27,635 nt of DNA from the NCBI GenBank assembly GCA_023142975.1, contig JAGLIN010000051.1:1-27635 (forward strand), written 5' to 3'. Positions 8,888 through 16,394 of the stretch are shown piece by piece (within the stretch, counting starts at the first letter, position 1; each line of letters begins with the position of its first letter). The notes beneath the pieces were generated by a model that was given only the letters and a program-made list of their open reading frames with translations, had not been told where the DNA came from and searched no databases. The translations under genes and the position numbers were made by a program. This DNA is from Candidatus Parcubacteria bacterium. GTDB taxonomy: Bacteria > Patescibacteriota > Minisyncoccia > JAHIHE01 > JAGLIN01.

Positions 8888-8922
8888 TTAGAAACATTTG
8901 GAACTGGTTACAAACCAGTTCC
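8831..8922. repeat. Pair of related REP-like hairpins in opposite orientation
   Basis: GGAACGGATT-TGT-AATCCGTTTC (8831..8853) and GGAACTGGTT-ACA-AACCAGTTCC (8900..8922). Confidence 0.6.
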
Positions 8923-8956
8923 CGCGTGAATCATTTATTTAATTATCAGTCCAACT

Positions 8957-8986
8957 AAAAACCTGCTTTGATTGAGCAGGTTTTTT
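8957..8986 (-). terminator. Intrinsic terminator after sppA (possibly bidirectional)
   Basis: AAAAACCTGCT-N7-AGCAGGTTTTT, 22 nt past the sppA stop. Confidence 0.75.
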
Positions 8987-9008
8987 AGATGACTCAAATT
9001 TCTATAAG

Positions 9009-9827
9009 CTACTGACATATTTCAATATCCTCGCCGATTTTTCCTCTTAAATATTCCTCCACTTCATATCTCCCGCCAATTCGGTCAATCAAATTATTTT
9101 CTAAAGCCATTTGACCAAGCATGTCTGATCCATCGGCAAGTTCTCTTATTTTTTCAATGTCTATATTGCGATTATCAGAAACTGCTTTGATAAAATTTTC
9201 GTGGAGAATATTAACATCTCGCATCAGCAATTCTTTTTCTTCGGGAGTTAATGGTTTGTCATAATTTCCAGTGTCTTTGAATTTTCCAGCGCTTAATTGA
9301 TTATATGTCAGTCCATCTTTTTCATTTTCTTTGGCATAGTCAAGATAAGACATTGTTATTCCAATACTGCCAACATCAGAATTTTGGGAAGCAAAGATTA
9401 TATCAGCGCCAGTGGCAGACCAATAAGCGGCGGAAAGTCCATATTCTCTGATCAAAGCAACTGTTGGCTTTTTTGTTCTTTTTAATGCATTAGCAACCTC
9501 TTCTGCAGCTACGGGACCTCCGCCTGGCGAGTTTATTTCTAAAACAATGGCTCTGATATTTTTGTTATTTTCGGCTTGTTCAATAGCTCTAACAATATCT
9601 TCTGAAGCGATTTCATCCCAGAGAAGATCTCCGTATTCATTTTGTCCTTCGTTGGAAATGTATGCTATTAAACCTCCTTGGAGTTTTATGTTTGAGACAT
9701 TGCAGGATTTTTCTTTAATATTATCATCTTCAAAAAATAAACAATATTGTTCTGTCCAAAAAGTAATTACTGTTAGGATGAGTATTATAATTGACAATCT
9801 TTTGAAAAAGTATTTTGGTAGTTTCAT
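9009..9827 (-). CDS. sppA: Signal peptide peptidase SppA (peptidase S49, 36K type)
   Basis: N-terminal TM, INSPGG, catalytic SAAYW, GSIG and SAGKFKD. Confidence 0.9.
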   Translation of the reverse strand: MKLPKYFFKRLSIIILILTVITFWTEQYCLFFEDDNIKEKSCNVSNIKLQGGLIAYISNEGQNEYGDLLWDEIASEDIVRAIEQAENNKNIRAIVLEINSPGGGPVAAEEVANALKRTKKPTVALIREYGLSAAYWSATGADIIFASQNSDVGSIGITMSYLDYAKENEKDGLTYNQLSAGKFKDTGNYDKPLTPEEKELLMRDVNILHENFIKAVSDNRNIDIEKIRELADGSDMLGQMALENNLIDRIGGRYEVEEYLRGKIGEDIEICQ

Positions 9828-9855
9828 TTTTGGTTGAGTTAGTTGGTTATTTGTT

Positions 9856-11310
9856 TTATAGAATGCCTCGTTTTTTCATTTCCCAGAAACATTTTGCTGT
9901 TGCGTTTACATCGGCAAGAGAATTATGAGCATCTTCAAACTCTGTATCAAATAATTTTATATAAAGTTCTGAAAGTTTAGGCCACTTATAATCATTATAA
10001 CCATTAGAGCTTGGAATTGCGCAAAAATTTGTGGATTTCTTCATAGTGCAAATAGTTTTTTTAGATTCAAGGCTATCTGACATATTTTTTCTTATAAATT
10101 CTGCACCTACAATTTTTTCATCAAAACTTATATTATGAGCAATTATAAAATCTGCTTGTTCTATCAGATTTTGAAATTCAGTTAACACTGCCTGCAAAGA
10201 CACGCCTTCTTTTTCGGCGCGCTCAGTCGTTATGCCATGAACATTTGAGGATTCTATCGGAATTCTAAATCCTTCTGGTTTGATTATAAAATCACTGCTA
10301 CTAATTTTAGTGCTATTTTTATATACCACCCAAGAAATTTGAACAATTCTCGGCCAATTATCTACATCATTCACTGACGCATTCCAATCGCGAGGTAATC
10401 CTGTTGTTTCAGTATCAAAAAATAAATATGTTTCGTTTGATTCGGTTTGTGTTAAAAGATTTTTTGCTAATTCTACCGTAATTTTATCACCCAAAATGGC
10501 TTGTATAATTTCCTCCTTATCTTTCAACTTTTCCATTAAAGGAGTAACATCTTTTAAAAAACCTTTATGTTCTCTTAATTCTTCATCTTGAACTTTAAGT
10601 TTTTTCTCCAAGTCTTCATATCGTGTTTTTTCTGCATAGTCATCTAAACTTACAACTGATTCGGTTTGTATTAAAAGATTTTTCGCTAATTCTGGAGTAA
10701 TTTTATCATCTAAAATAGCTTGTACAAGATCATCCTTACCTTCTAACTTTATCATCAAGGGAGTAATATCTTTAATAAAATTTCTATATTCCTCTAATTC
10801 TTTATTACATTCATCATCTTTAGAGTTGCTTAATAAATTTAATGCTGACTCAAAACCTTTTATTTTACCAACAAGATATCCTAATTCCTCTTCCTTTATA
10901 CCATATTTAGAAATGTTATTTATAAATTCTTTACTTTCAGGAAAAGATTTATTTATATCTTCATAAAAACTCTCGTTTTTAGAAATGTCTGACAGTAACA
11001 TTTCTTCATCACTTGGCAAATTCGTATAATAATCATTTTCAAGATTATTTGTTCTATCCTGTTCTCTTTCTATCGCTTTTTCGGAATCTAATGTTTCGCC
11101 ATATTCATTAACTTCATTCCCATATTCATCATATTCTTCTGCGCCAGCACATGATTCTTCTTTTTCTGTTGCTTCTTTTTCTTCATCTAATCTTGCTAAA
11201 AGCTTGTTAGTTGAATCACATTCTTCCAAAATTCCATTTAGCTTATCATAGCTAAATTTTATTTCACTTTTACATACATCTTCACATAATTTTACAATAT
11301 CATTATCCAT
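9856..11310 (-). CDS. DEDDh (DnaQ-like) 3'-5' exonuclease fused to a long acidic N-terminus with a duplicated 48-aa helical repeat
   Basis: ExoI FFDTETTG, ExoII AHNISFD and ExoIII HNSLADV. The internal repeat has a 219-nt period. Confidence 0.85.
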   Translation of the reverse strand: MDNDIVKLCEDVCKSEIKFSYDKLNGILEECDSTNKLLARLDEEKEATEKEESCAGAEEYDEYGNEVNEYGETLDSEKAIEREQDRTNNLENDYYTNLPSDEEMLLSDISKNESFYEDINKSFPESKEFINNISKYGIKEEELGYLVGKIKGFESALNLLSNSKDDECNKELEEYRNFIKDITPLMIKLEGKDDLVQAILDDKITPELAKNLLIQTESVVSLDDYAEKTRYEDLEKKLKVQDEELREHKGFLKDVTPLMEKLKDKEEIIQAILGDKITVELAKNLLTQTESNETYLFFDTETTGLPRDWNASVNDVDNWPRIVQISWVVYKNSTKISSSDFIIKPEGFRIPIESSNVHGITTERAEKEGVSLQAVLTEFQNLIEQADFIIAHNISFDEKIVGAEFIRKNMSDSLESKKTICTMKKSTNFCAIPSSNGYNDYKWPKLSELYIKLFDTEFEDAHNSLADVNATAKCFWEMKKRGIL

Positions 11311-11346
11311 AATAGTATCTTTAAGTAATTAAGATTGTCTCTTATT

Positions 11347-11895
11347 TCATTCATTAAATATTATAATCGGTTTCTCTCCACATTTTTGATGCCAAATTAA
11401 TAACATCTGCTTTCCCTTTTCTATTTTTATATTTTTAAACTCGTCTTTAATTTTTCGTAATAAATCTTTTTCAACATTGCCGTATATTAACATAATAGCA
11501 TTTTTATAATTCGCTTCATTGAGAAATCTTTCAAGTTTTTTAAAATCTTCTGTTAGTTTGTTAAAGTCATCTTTTATTGTTGTTACTGACTTTACTTCAA
11601 TGACTACCAAATTTTTATTCATCTCACCTGGCACATGCACAATAAAGTCAGGTTTCTTTTTGCCATAAACAATAGCATGACCAGCTTTGTCAACTTCCCC
11701 ATTTAATTTATAGGGGAAACTTTCTCCTAAAATACAACGAAGCTGATGATAAAGTTCGTAACAATATACACGCTCTCTATATATCCATTCTTCAGAACCA
11801 ACTGTACGAAATTCAATATAACTATTATCTACCTTTTCACAAGCTTCCTTTAAACAGTTTAGAAATAAACCAAAATCGCTTTTATTATTTTCCAT
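11347..11895 (-). CDS. PD-(D/E)XK-superfamily nuclease-like protein (182 aa; start re-called at MENNKS)
   Basis: ERVYCYELYHQL helix, KPDFIVH and VVIEVK. ATG 11895 lies 4 nt after the upstream small ORF stop; the longer ORF-track start overlaps that ORF. Confidence 0.65.
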   Translation of the reverse strand: MENNKSDFGLFLNCLKEACEKVDNSYIEFRTVGSEEWIYRERVYCYELYHQLRCILGESFPYKLNGEVDKAGHAIVYGKKKPDFIVHVPGEMNKNLVVIEVKSVTTIKDDFNKLTEDFKKLERFLNEANYKNAIMLIYGNVEKDLLRKIKDEFKNIKIEKGKQMLLIWHQKCGEKPIIIFNE

Positions 11896-11899
11896 ATTT

Positions 11900-12076
11900 T
11901 TAACTTGATTTATATATAATAATTTTTTCAACAACATTAATAATATCTTGCTTTTCTAAAATTCCATTTTTATAATCTAAGAGCCATTTATCTAAATATT
12001 TTTCCCAATTATCACTCACTTCTTCTATCCAATCTTTATCGTTTTGATCTAATTTGTTTGAATTAAAATTTTCCAT
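11900..12076 (-). CDS. Unannotated small acidic, Trp-rich protein (58 aa)
   Basis: MENFNSNKLDQNDKDWIEEVSDNWEKYLDKWLLDYKNGILEKQDIINVVEKIIIYKSS*. It fills the gap between a consensus promoter and the next ATG (4-nt gap). Confidence 0.6.
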   Translation of the reverse strand: MENFNSNKLDQNDKDWIEEVSDNWEKYLDKWLLDYKNGILEKQDIINVVEKIIIYKSS

Positions 12077-12107
12077 GTTTTTTACACTTTTTAATAATTA
12101 CACCTCC

Positions 12108-12118
12108 ATTATACCACA
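12108..12118 (-). promoter_or_regulatory. Extended -10 promoter TGTGGTATAAT
   Basis: Consensus TRTG-n-TATAAT, with a possible -35 TTGATG at 12137..12132 (18-nt spacer). Confidence 0.6.
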
Positions 12119-12138
12119 AGTACCAAAACATCATCAAC

Positions 12139-12280
12139 AAAAAAGGTCCCCCGTCGGTGGCGACCCTTTCAGATCACCCAATGCCCTTTCAGGCAAAGAC
12201 CATAAACACAGTACCGATCAGAAGACCGCTTTTGTGTTTATGGATTTAAACCATACTCCAAACAAAAAGCCCGAAGGTTA
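12139..12280 (-). ncRNA. Putative structured cis-regulatory RNA ending in an intrinsic terminator (family not recognised)
   Basis: An 11-bp perfect stem with an inner hairpin, two hairpins both capped by C-UGAAAG-G, G-U pairs only on the minus strand, and a terminator with U6 overlapping the last hairpin. Confidence 0.5.
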
Positions 12281-12299
12281 GGTTAATAAATTGTTATTC

Positions 12300-12479
12300 T
12301 TATTTACAATCGCAAAACTGACAATTACTATCCGTTTTTGTTTTGCCGAATTTCTTGTCATATCTATCTGATAATTCCCGTTGATCCTTATTTGCTTTTC
12401 TAATCGCGCCTCTCATTATTCTTTCCTGCTCTTTTTCCGGCAACTCAAATAAATTTTTCTTATTATTCTTTATCTTCAT
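12300..12479 (-). CDS. Unannotated small basic protein (59 aa), probable partner/antitoxin of the zeta toxin
   Basis: ATGA overlap with the toxin stop. MKIKNNKKNLFELPEKEQERIMRGAIRKANKDQRELSDRYDKKFGKTKTDSNCQFCDCK*. Confidence 0.65.
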   Translation of the reverse strand: MKIKNNKKNLFELPEKEQERIMRGAIRKANKDQRELSDRYDKKFGKTKTDSNCQFCDCK

Positions 12480-13192
12480 ATTTCATCTTTTAATAAATCA
12501 TATAATCTTTTCTCATTGTAATTATCTTTAAGATATTTGTCAACGCGCGCAACTTTTGGATAAAATTTCTCAATATTATTACTATAATTTTTAATCACTA
12601 AATAAACTTTTACTTCATCTTTAAAAATAGATTTGATTTTTATAACATTTTCTTTAGCATTAAAAAATGACTCAACAAATACTTTTTTTGGTACTTTTCT
12701 ACCTTCTAATTTTTCCCGCTTTTTTGTAAATTCCCACGCAATCAATGGATCTTGATAAATATAATATATTCCAACAGATCTATTTCTGCTAAGTGATCTT
12801 TCAATGTTCCTATAAACAATTTCAAACTTAGCAAAAGTGCCGTCAATCATCGCATTTAATTTGTTTTTCAAAACATAATTATACAATTTATGCACGCCTA
12901 TAGACGCGGCGTTTTGCACTACATCAGAATTAGCGCCATTATATTGCGGTATCATTTCTCTTATTTCGTCAGCATCAATTCTGACTATAGGATTCGCAGA
13001 ACTTTCCGCCATTTTAATTAACGCTTTAGAATATTCCGTCTTTCCCGCCCCTGGCGAACCTGCCATAAATAATGAAACGGGGTTTTCGTTTGGTTGATAA
13101 ATTTTACTGCTAGCAAATTTTTCAAACAATAAATCTTTATTTTCTTTTATAAACTTTTTTGCTTTCTCGCTGTCTTTTGATGATTTATTCAT
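12476..13192 (-). CDS. Zeta toxin-family P-loop kinase
   Basis: Walker A GSPGAGKT, IDADEIRE, IDGT and REKLEGRKVP. Confidence 0.85.
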   Translation of the reverse strand: MNKSSKDSEKAKKFIKENKDLLFEKFASSKIYQPNENPVSLFMAGSPGAGKTEYSKALIKMAESSANPIVRIDADEIREMIPQYNGANSDVVQNAASIGVHKLYNYVLKNKLNAMIDGTFAKFEIVYRNIERSLSRNRSVGIYYIYQDPLIAWEFTKKREKLEGRKVPKKVFVESFFNAKENVIKIKSIFKDEVKVYLVIKNYSNNIEKFYPKVARVDKYLKDNYNEKRLYDLLKDEI

Positions 13193-13278
13193 ATTCTATA
13201 TTTATAATAACACTTTTATAAATTCTATTTTTACTCTACCATTCCCTACTTCAAAAATCAAGAAAAAATTCACCCCCT

Positions 13279-13974
13279 TCAAACCTCCCCACCGAAATAC
13301 CTAAAATGCCCGATTATTTCCCATCTCATCAAAACATCATCTATCTTCGGACCCGCTCCGACATTGTGGACAATCAACGGTCTTTGTTTGTCAGATGACA
13401 ATTTATCTATCACAATCCCAATGTGAGTTTTGCCTTTATTGAAAGTCCAGACAACTAAATCGCCAGATAGATAATCGTTAGGATTTTCTGTGATTTCTAA
13501 AGCTTGTCCGTGGCGTTTGAAGAAAGTCATCAGATTTGGCACTCGGCGATGATCTATGTTTGGATCCGGTTTTTTTAGTCCCCAGATTTTTGGATACAAA
13601 TCAAAATTAGCAGACATATCCTCGTGTATTTCTTTTTGCAAATCTATTCCCAACTCCCGATAAGCTCTGATAATCACATCGGCGCAAACGCCTTGATCTG
13701 CTGGCACATCGCCATTTGGATAATCAATTGATAAATATGCTGGATCGTAAACGACTTCGTGATTTGTTCGTTCTCTTGCGGAAACAACAAATTTTTCCAA
13801 AAACTCTTTTTCTTCTGCGCTTAAATTTTGCAAGCCAGAGGGATTGTAAGTTGAATTCCAAATTATTAAAGCGCCTGTTTTTGTGTAATTGAAAAAATAA
13901 AACACGCCAGAAAAAATCAGCGCTATCAACGCCAATAAAATTATAATTATTTTTTTAGAAATTATTTTTTTCAT
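13279..13974 (-). CDS. DUF1287 (YijF-like) exported protein, papain-like Cys/His fold
   Basis: N-terminal TM, YDPAY, GVCADVIIRAYR, NIDHRRVPNL and THIGIV. Confidence 0.8.
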   Translation of the reverse strand: MKKIISKKIIIILLALIALIFSGVFYFFNYTKTGALIIWNSTYNPSGLQNLSAEEKEFLEKFVVSARERTNHEVVYDPAYLSIDYPNGDVPADQGVCADVIIRAYRELGIDLQKEIHEDMSANFDLYPKIWGLKKPDPNIDHRRVPNLMTFFKRHGQALEITENPNDYLSGDLVVWTFNKGKTHIGIVIDKLSSDKQRPLIVHNVGAGPKIDDVLMRWEIIGHFRYFGGEV

Positions 13975-13999
13975 TTAAAAGTTTATTTGTTTTAAAACC

Positions 14000-14027
14000 G
14001 TAGGGGCGGGTCGCGACCCGCCCCTAC
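14000..14027. repeat. Perfect 28-bp GTAG-type REP palindrome
   Basis: GTAGGGGCGGGTCGCGACCCGCCCCTAC is its own reverse complement and is a GC-rich island in AT-rich intergenic DNA. Confidence 0.75.
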
Positions 14028-14036
14028 AGCTATAAA

Positions 14037-15755
14037 TCACATATCCATCTCCGCATTTTTCTCATACATCTTACACATCTCCTCAGTGTATCCACCCTCT
14101 CTTTCCCAACACTCCTTCGCTTGTTTTTTAAAAAACTTGCTTTGATATTTTACAATCTCCTCGTAATTTTCATTTAAAACCGACAGCGCTTTTCTTCTTG
14201 AAAAATTAAACGACTGCCAGTTTTCGCTCTGTTTTTTCTCAGCGTTTTCTAATTTTTCTTTAAAAGAAACTGGTTCATTTTCCCAAGAACCCATATAACC
14301 ATCATAATACCCGCTTCCAAAAAGAAAATCGCAACGATAATACAAATCTTTCGCTATTTCTATTTTTATTTTTTCATCTATATTATTCATCTGAAAAATT
14401 TTCATCGTTTCAGGAAGAGCGTCAATAGACAAGCGAGACAAATAAAATGAATCCAACTCTTTCTCTTGAGCCAATCTTTCTATATTTTTTCTGGCAATAA
14501 AAGCGTCGGGATTTATTAAATTTATTCCCGTCCAAAATGTAATTGTTAAACAAAATATCATTAGTAATAAAACTGGCTCTTTCTTTTCCTGAAATATTTT
14601 TTTATAGAGAAAAATCAGAAACACGGAAAAAATCCAGAGCAGAAAAACAAAAACTAAGAATCTAAAAAAAGTCAAACCGTAGCCATCAACATAAACAGCC
14701 ATTCGCGTCCAAGCAGAATAGATAATTACAGACATTTCCAAAATGAGAGCGGCGCTTAAGATTTTAAATATTTTCTTTTCTTTTAAACTCTTTCTAAAGC
14801 TTGCTTTATCCAATCCGTAAAGCAAGAAAAAAGAAATAATTGAAGTAGCAATTAATTCGTAAAAACCTTTTTTCGCGTATTGCGAATAAGTGATATATTC
14901 TTCAATCCCCCAAACATAATCTTTTCCGCCAAAGAGATAAAAAAATTGAATAGCAATAAAAGACAAAAATAATAATTCAATTAAAATCAAGACTGTTGAC
15001 GATTCAATAAAGCCCAGTGATTTATTTTCAGATGTTGGTTCAGGTCTCTGACCTGAACCCTGTATTTCTGATATTGGTTCAGAACTCTGATCTAAACCTT
15101 CTATAATCTTGGAAAAAACGCCGAGAAAAATATAAGTAAAAACTAAGATCATCAGCGCTCTCAAAATTATTTCCAGATTAAAATTAAAATTAAATACTTT
15201 TCCGACATACGCTTGAAATACCAAATCCGCTGAAGATAAAAGCCAGCAGAAAATAATTAAAAAAGGCGCCGCAATAACAACTCCTTTAATCACACTTCTA
15301 AATTTTTTGGAACCGATTTTATTTTTCTCTGGAATTGCATTTTTACATTTTGTAATAAATCGCCCCGCCCCGCGAAAAGATTTTAGGAAAAAAGACGGTG
15401 GAGAAATAATATATTTTAAGAAATTAAAATCCAAAATACTTTTATTCAGGAATAAACTGAAAAAGAAAAAGAGTAAATATAAACTGCCCCAAAAATTAAA
15501 GAACGCTAAAAACAAACTTGCTCTCAAAAACACTCCCGCGGAAAACAAAAGAACAGTAGCTAAAATAAAAATTTGAATTTTGCTTATTTTTATCTCATGT
15601 TTTTTTATTAAAATCAAAGAAAAAATTATTATAAATAAATTAAACGCGAAAAAAGAAACTCCGATTGATTTCTGGTAAAATAAATAATCAGTTAACACTC
15701 CCAGAATTAAAGCAAGGGAGATTATGAGATAGAGATTTTGTTTTTTTGTAATCAT
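14037..15755 (-). CDS. DUF4153/DUF4173-family polytopic membrane protein
   Basis: About 13 TM helices, LLSSADLVF, YSQYAKKGFYEL, RMAVYVDGYGLT and INPDAFIARKNI. Confidence 0.8.
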   Translation of the reverse strand: MITKKQNLYLIISLALILGVLTDYLFYQKSIGVSFFAFNLFIIIFSLILIKKHEIKISKIQIFILATVLLFSAGVFLRASLFLAFFNFWGSLYLLFFFFSLFLNKSILDFNFLKYIISPPSFFLKSFRGAGRFITKCKNAIPEKNKIGSKKFRSVIKGVVIAAPFLIIFCWLLSSADLVFQAYVGKVFNFNFNLEIILRALMILVFTYIFLGVFSKIIEGLDQSSEPISEIQGSGQRPEPTSENKSLGFIESSTVLILIELLFLSFIAIQFFYLFGGKDYVWGIEEYITYSQYAKKGFYELIATSIISFFLLYGLDKASFRKSLKEKKIFKILSAALILEMSVIIYSAWTRMAVYVDGYGLTFFRFLVFVFLLWIFSVFLIFLYKKIFQEKKEPVLLLMIFCLTITFWTGINLINPDAFIARKNIERLAQEKELDSFYLSRLSIDALPETMKIFQMNNIDEKIKIEIAKDLYYRCDFLFGSGYYDGYMGSWENEPVSFKEKLENAEKKQSENWQSFNFSRRKALSVLNENYEEIVKYQSKFFKKQAKECWEREGGYTEEMCKMYEKNAEMDM

Positions 15756-15816
15756 ATATCTTTTATTTAATTTTATTATTTACAATGAAACTTATTATAA
15801 AATTTAATTGTAGCAA

Positions 15817-15842
15817 TAGATTCCTTCCTCCGCAGGAATGAC
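15817..15842. repeat. Second copy of the REP-like repeat at 14..40
   Basis: TAGATTCCTTCCTCCGCAGGAATGAC is in the same orientation and shows a compensatory C-G to T-A stem change. Confidence 0.7.
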
Positions 15843-15859
15843 AGAATACTGTCTGATTT

Positions 15860-15892
15860 AAAAAAACTAAACCTTACACAAAGATTTAGTTT
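15860..15892 (-). terminator. Intrinsic terminator after rpsG
   Basis: Minus strand AAACUAAAUCUU-UGUGU-AAGGUUUAGUUU followed by more U. Confidence 0.65.
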
Positions 15893-15923
15893 CTGAAAAT
15901 CATTCTATAACTTAAAGACAGAT

Positions 15924-16394
15924 TTATCTCGCGAAATGCGCGAATGCTCGATTTGCTTCTGCCATTTTTTGGACATCTTCTCTTTTCTTCATTGCCACGC
16001 CAGCGCCTTTAGTAATTTCAATAAATTCATCCGCTAACTTTTCCGCCATTGGTTTTCCTTTTTTACTTTTTGCCGCGCTGATAATCCAGCGAAACGCCAG
16101 TTGGATTCTTCTGTCGCCACGAACCTCTATCGGAACTTGATAATTCGCGCCACCGACTCTCTTTGATTTCACTTCCAAAATTGGGCTGACTTTATTAACC
16201 GCGCTGTCAAAAACTTCCAATGGATCTTTTTTAGTTTTCTCTTTGACAATATCAAAAGATTTATAGACAACTCTCGTCGCTACGCTTTTTTTACCTTCAT
16301 CCATAATGTAATTCACGAATCTAGAAACCAGCGCGTTATTATATTTAAAATCAAGCTTAATCCCCCGATCCATTTTCTTTTTTCTTCTGCCCAT
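15924..16394 (-). CDS. rpsG: 30S ribosomal protein S7
   Basis: GKKSVA, PILEVKSKRVGGANYQVP, LAFRWI and AEANRAFAHF. Confidence 0.98.
   Translation of the reverse strand: MGRRKKKMDRGIKLDFKYNNALVSRFVNYIMDEGKKSVATRVVYKSFDIVKEKTKKDPLEVFDSAVNKVSPILEVKSKRVGGANYQVPIEVRGDRRIQLAFRWIISAAKSKKGKPMAEKLADEFIEITKGAGVAMKKREDVQKMAEANRAFAHFAR

Noticed and set aside
12101-12107. GGAGGTG as ribosome-binding site for the 58-aa ORF
   Set aside because: It is 24 nt from the ATG and abuts the -10 box, too far away to function.
12160-12280. Glycine riboswitch (CUUUCAGG, CCGAAGG) or ykkC/guanidine-I (AAAAGCCCG) on the plus strand
   Set aside because: Motifs are in the wrong order or lack partner elements (GGAGA; CUAGGGUUCC), and G-U pairs favour the minus strand.
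12054-12281. 75-aa plus-strand ORF
   Set aside because: Runs antisense across a promoter and the structured RNA and has no recognisable motif.
12134-12285. Integron attC site (ACCTAAC ... GTT)
   Set aside because: No complementary L boxes at the required spacing, and no integrase.
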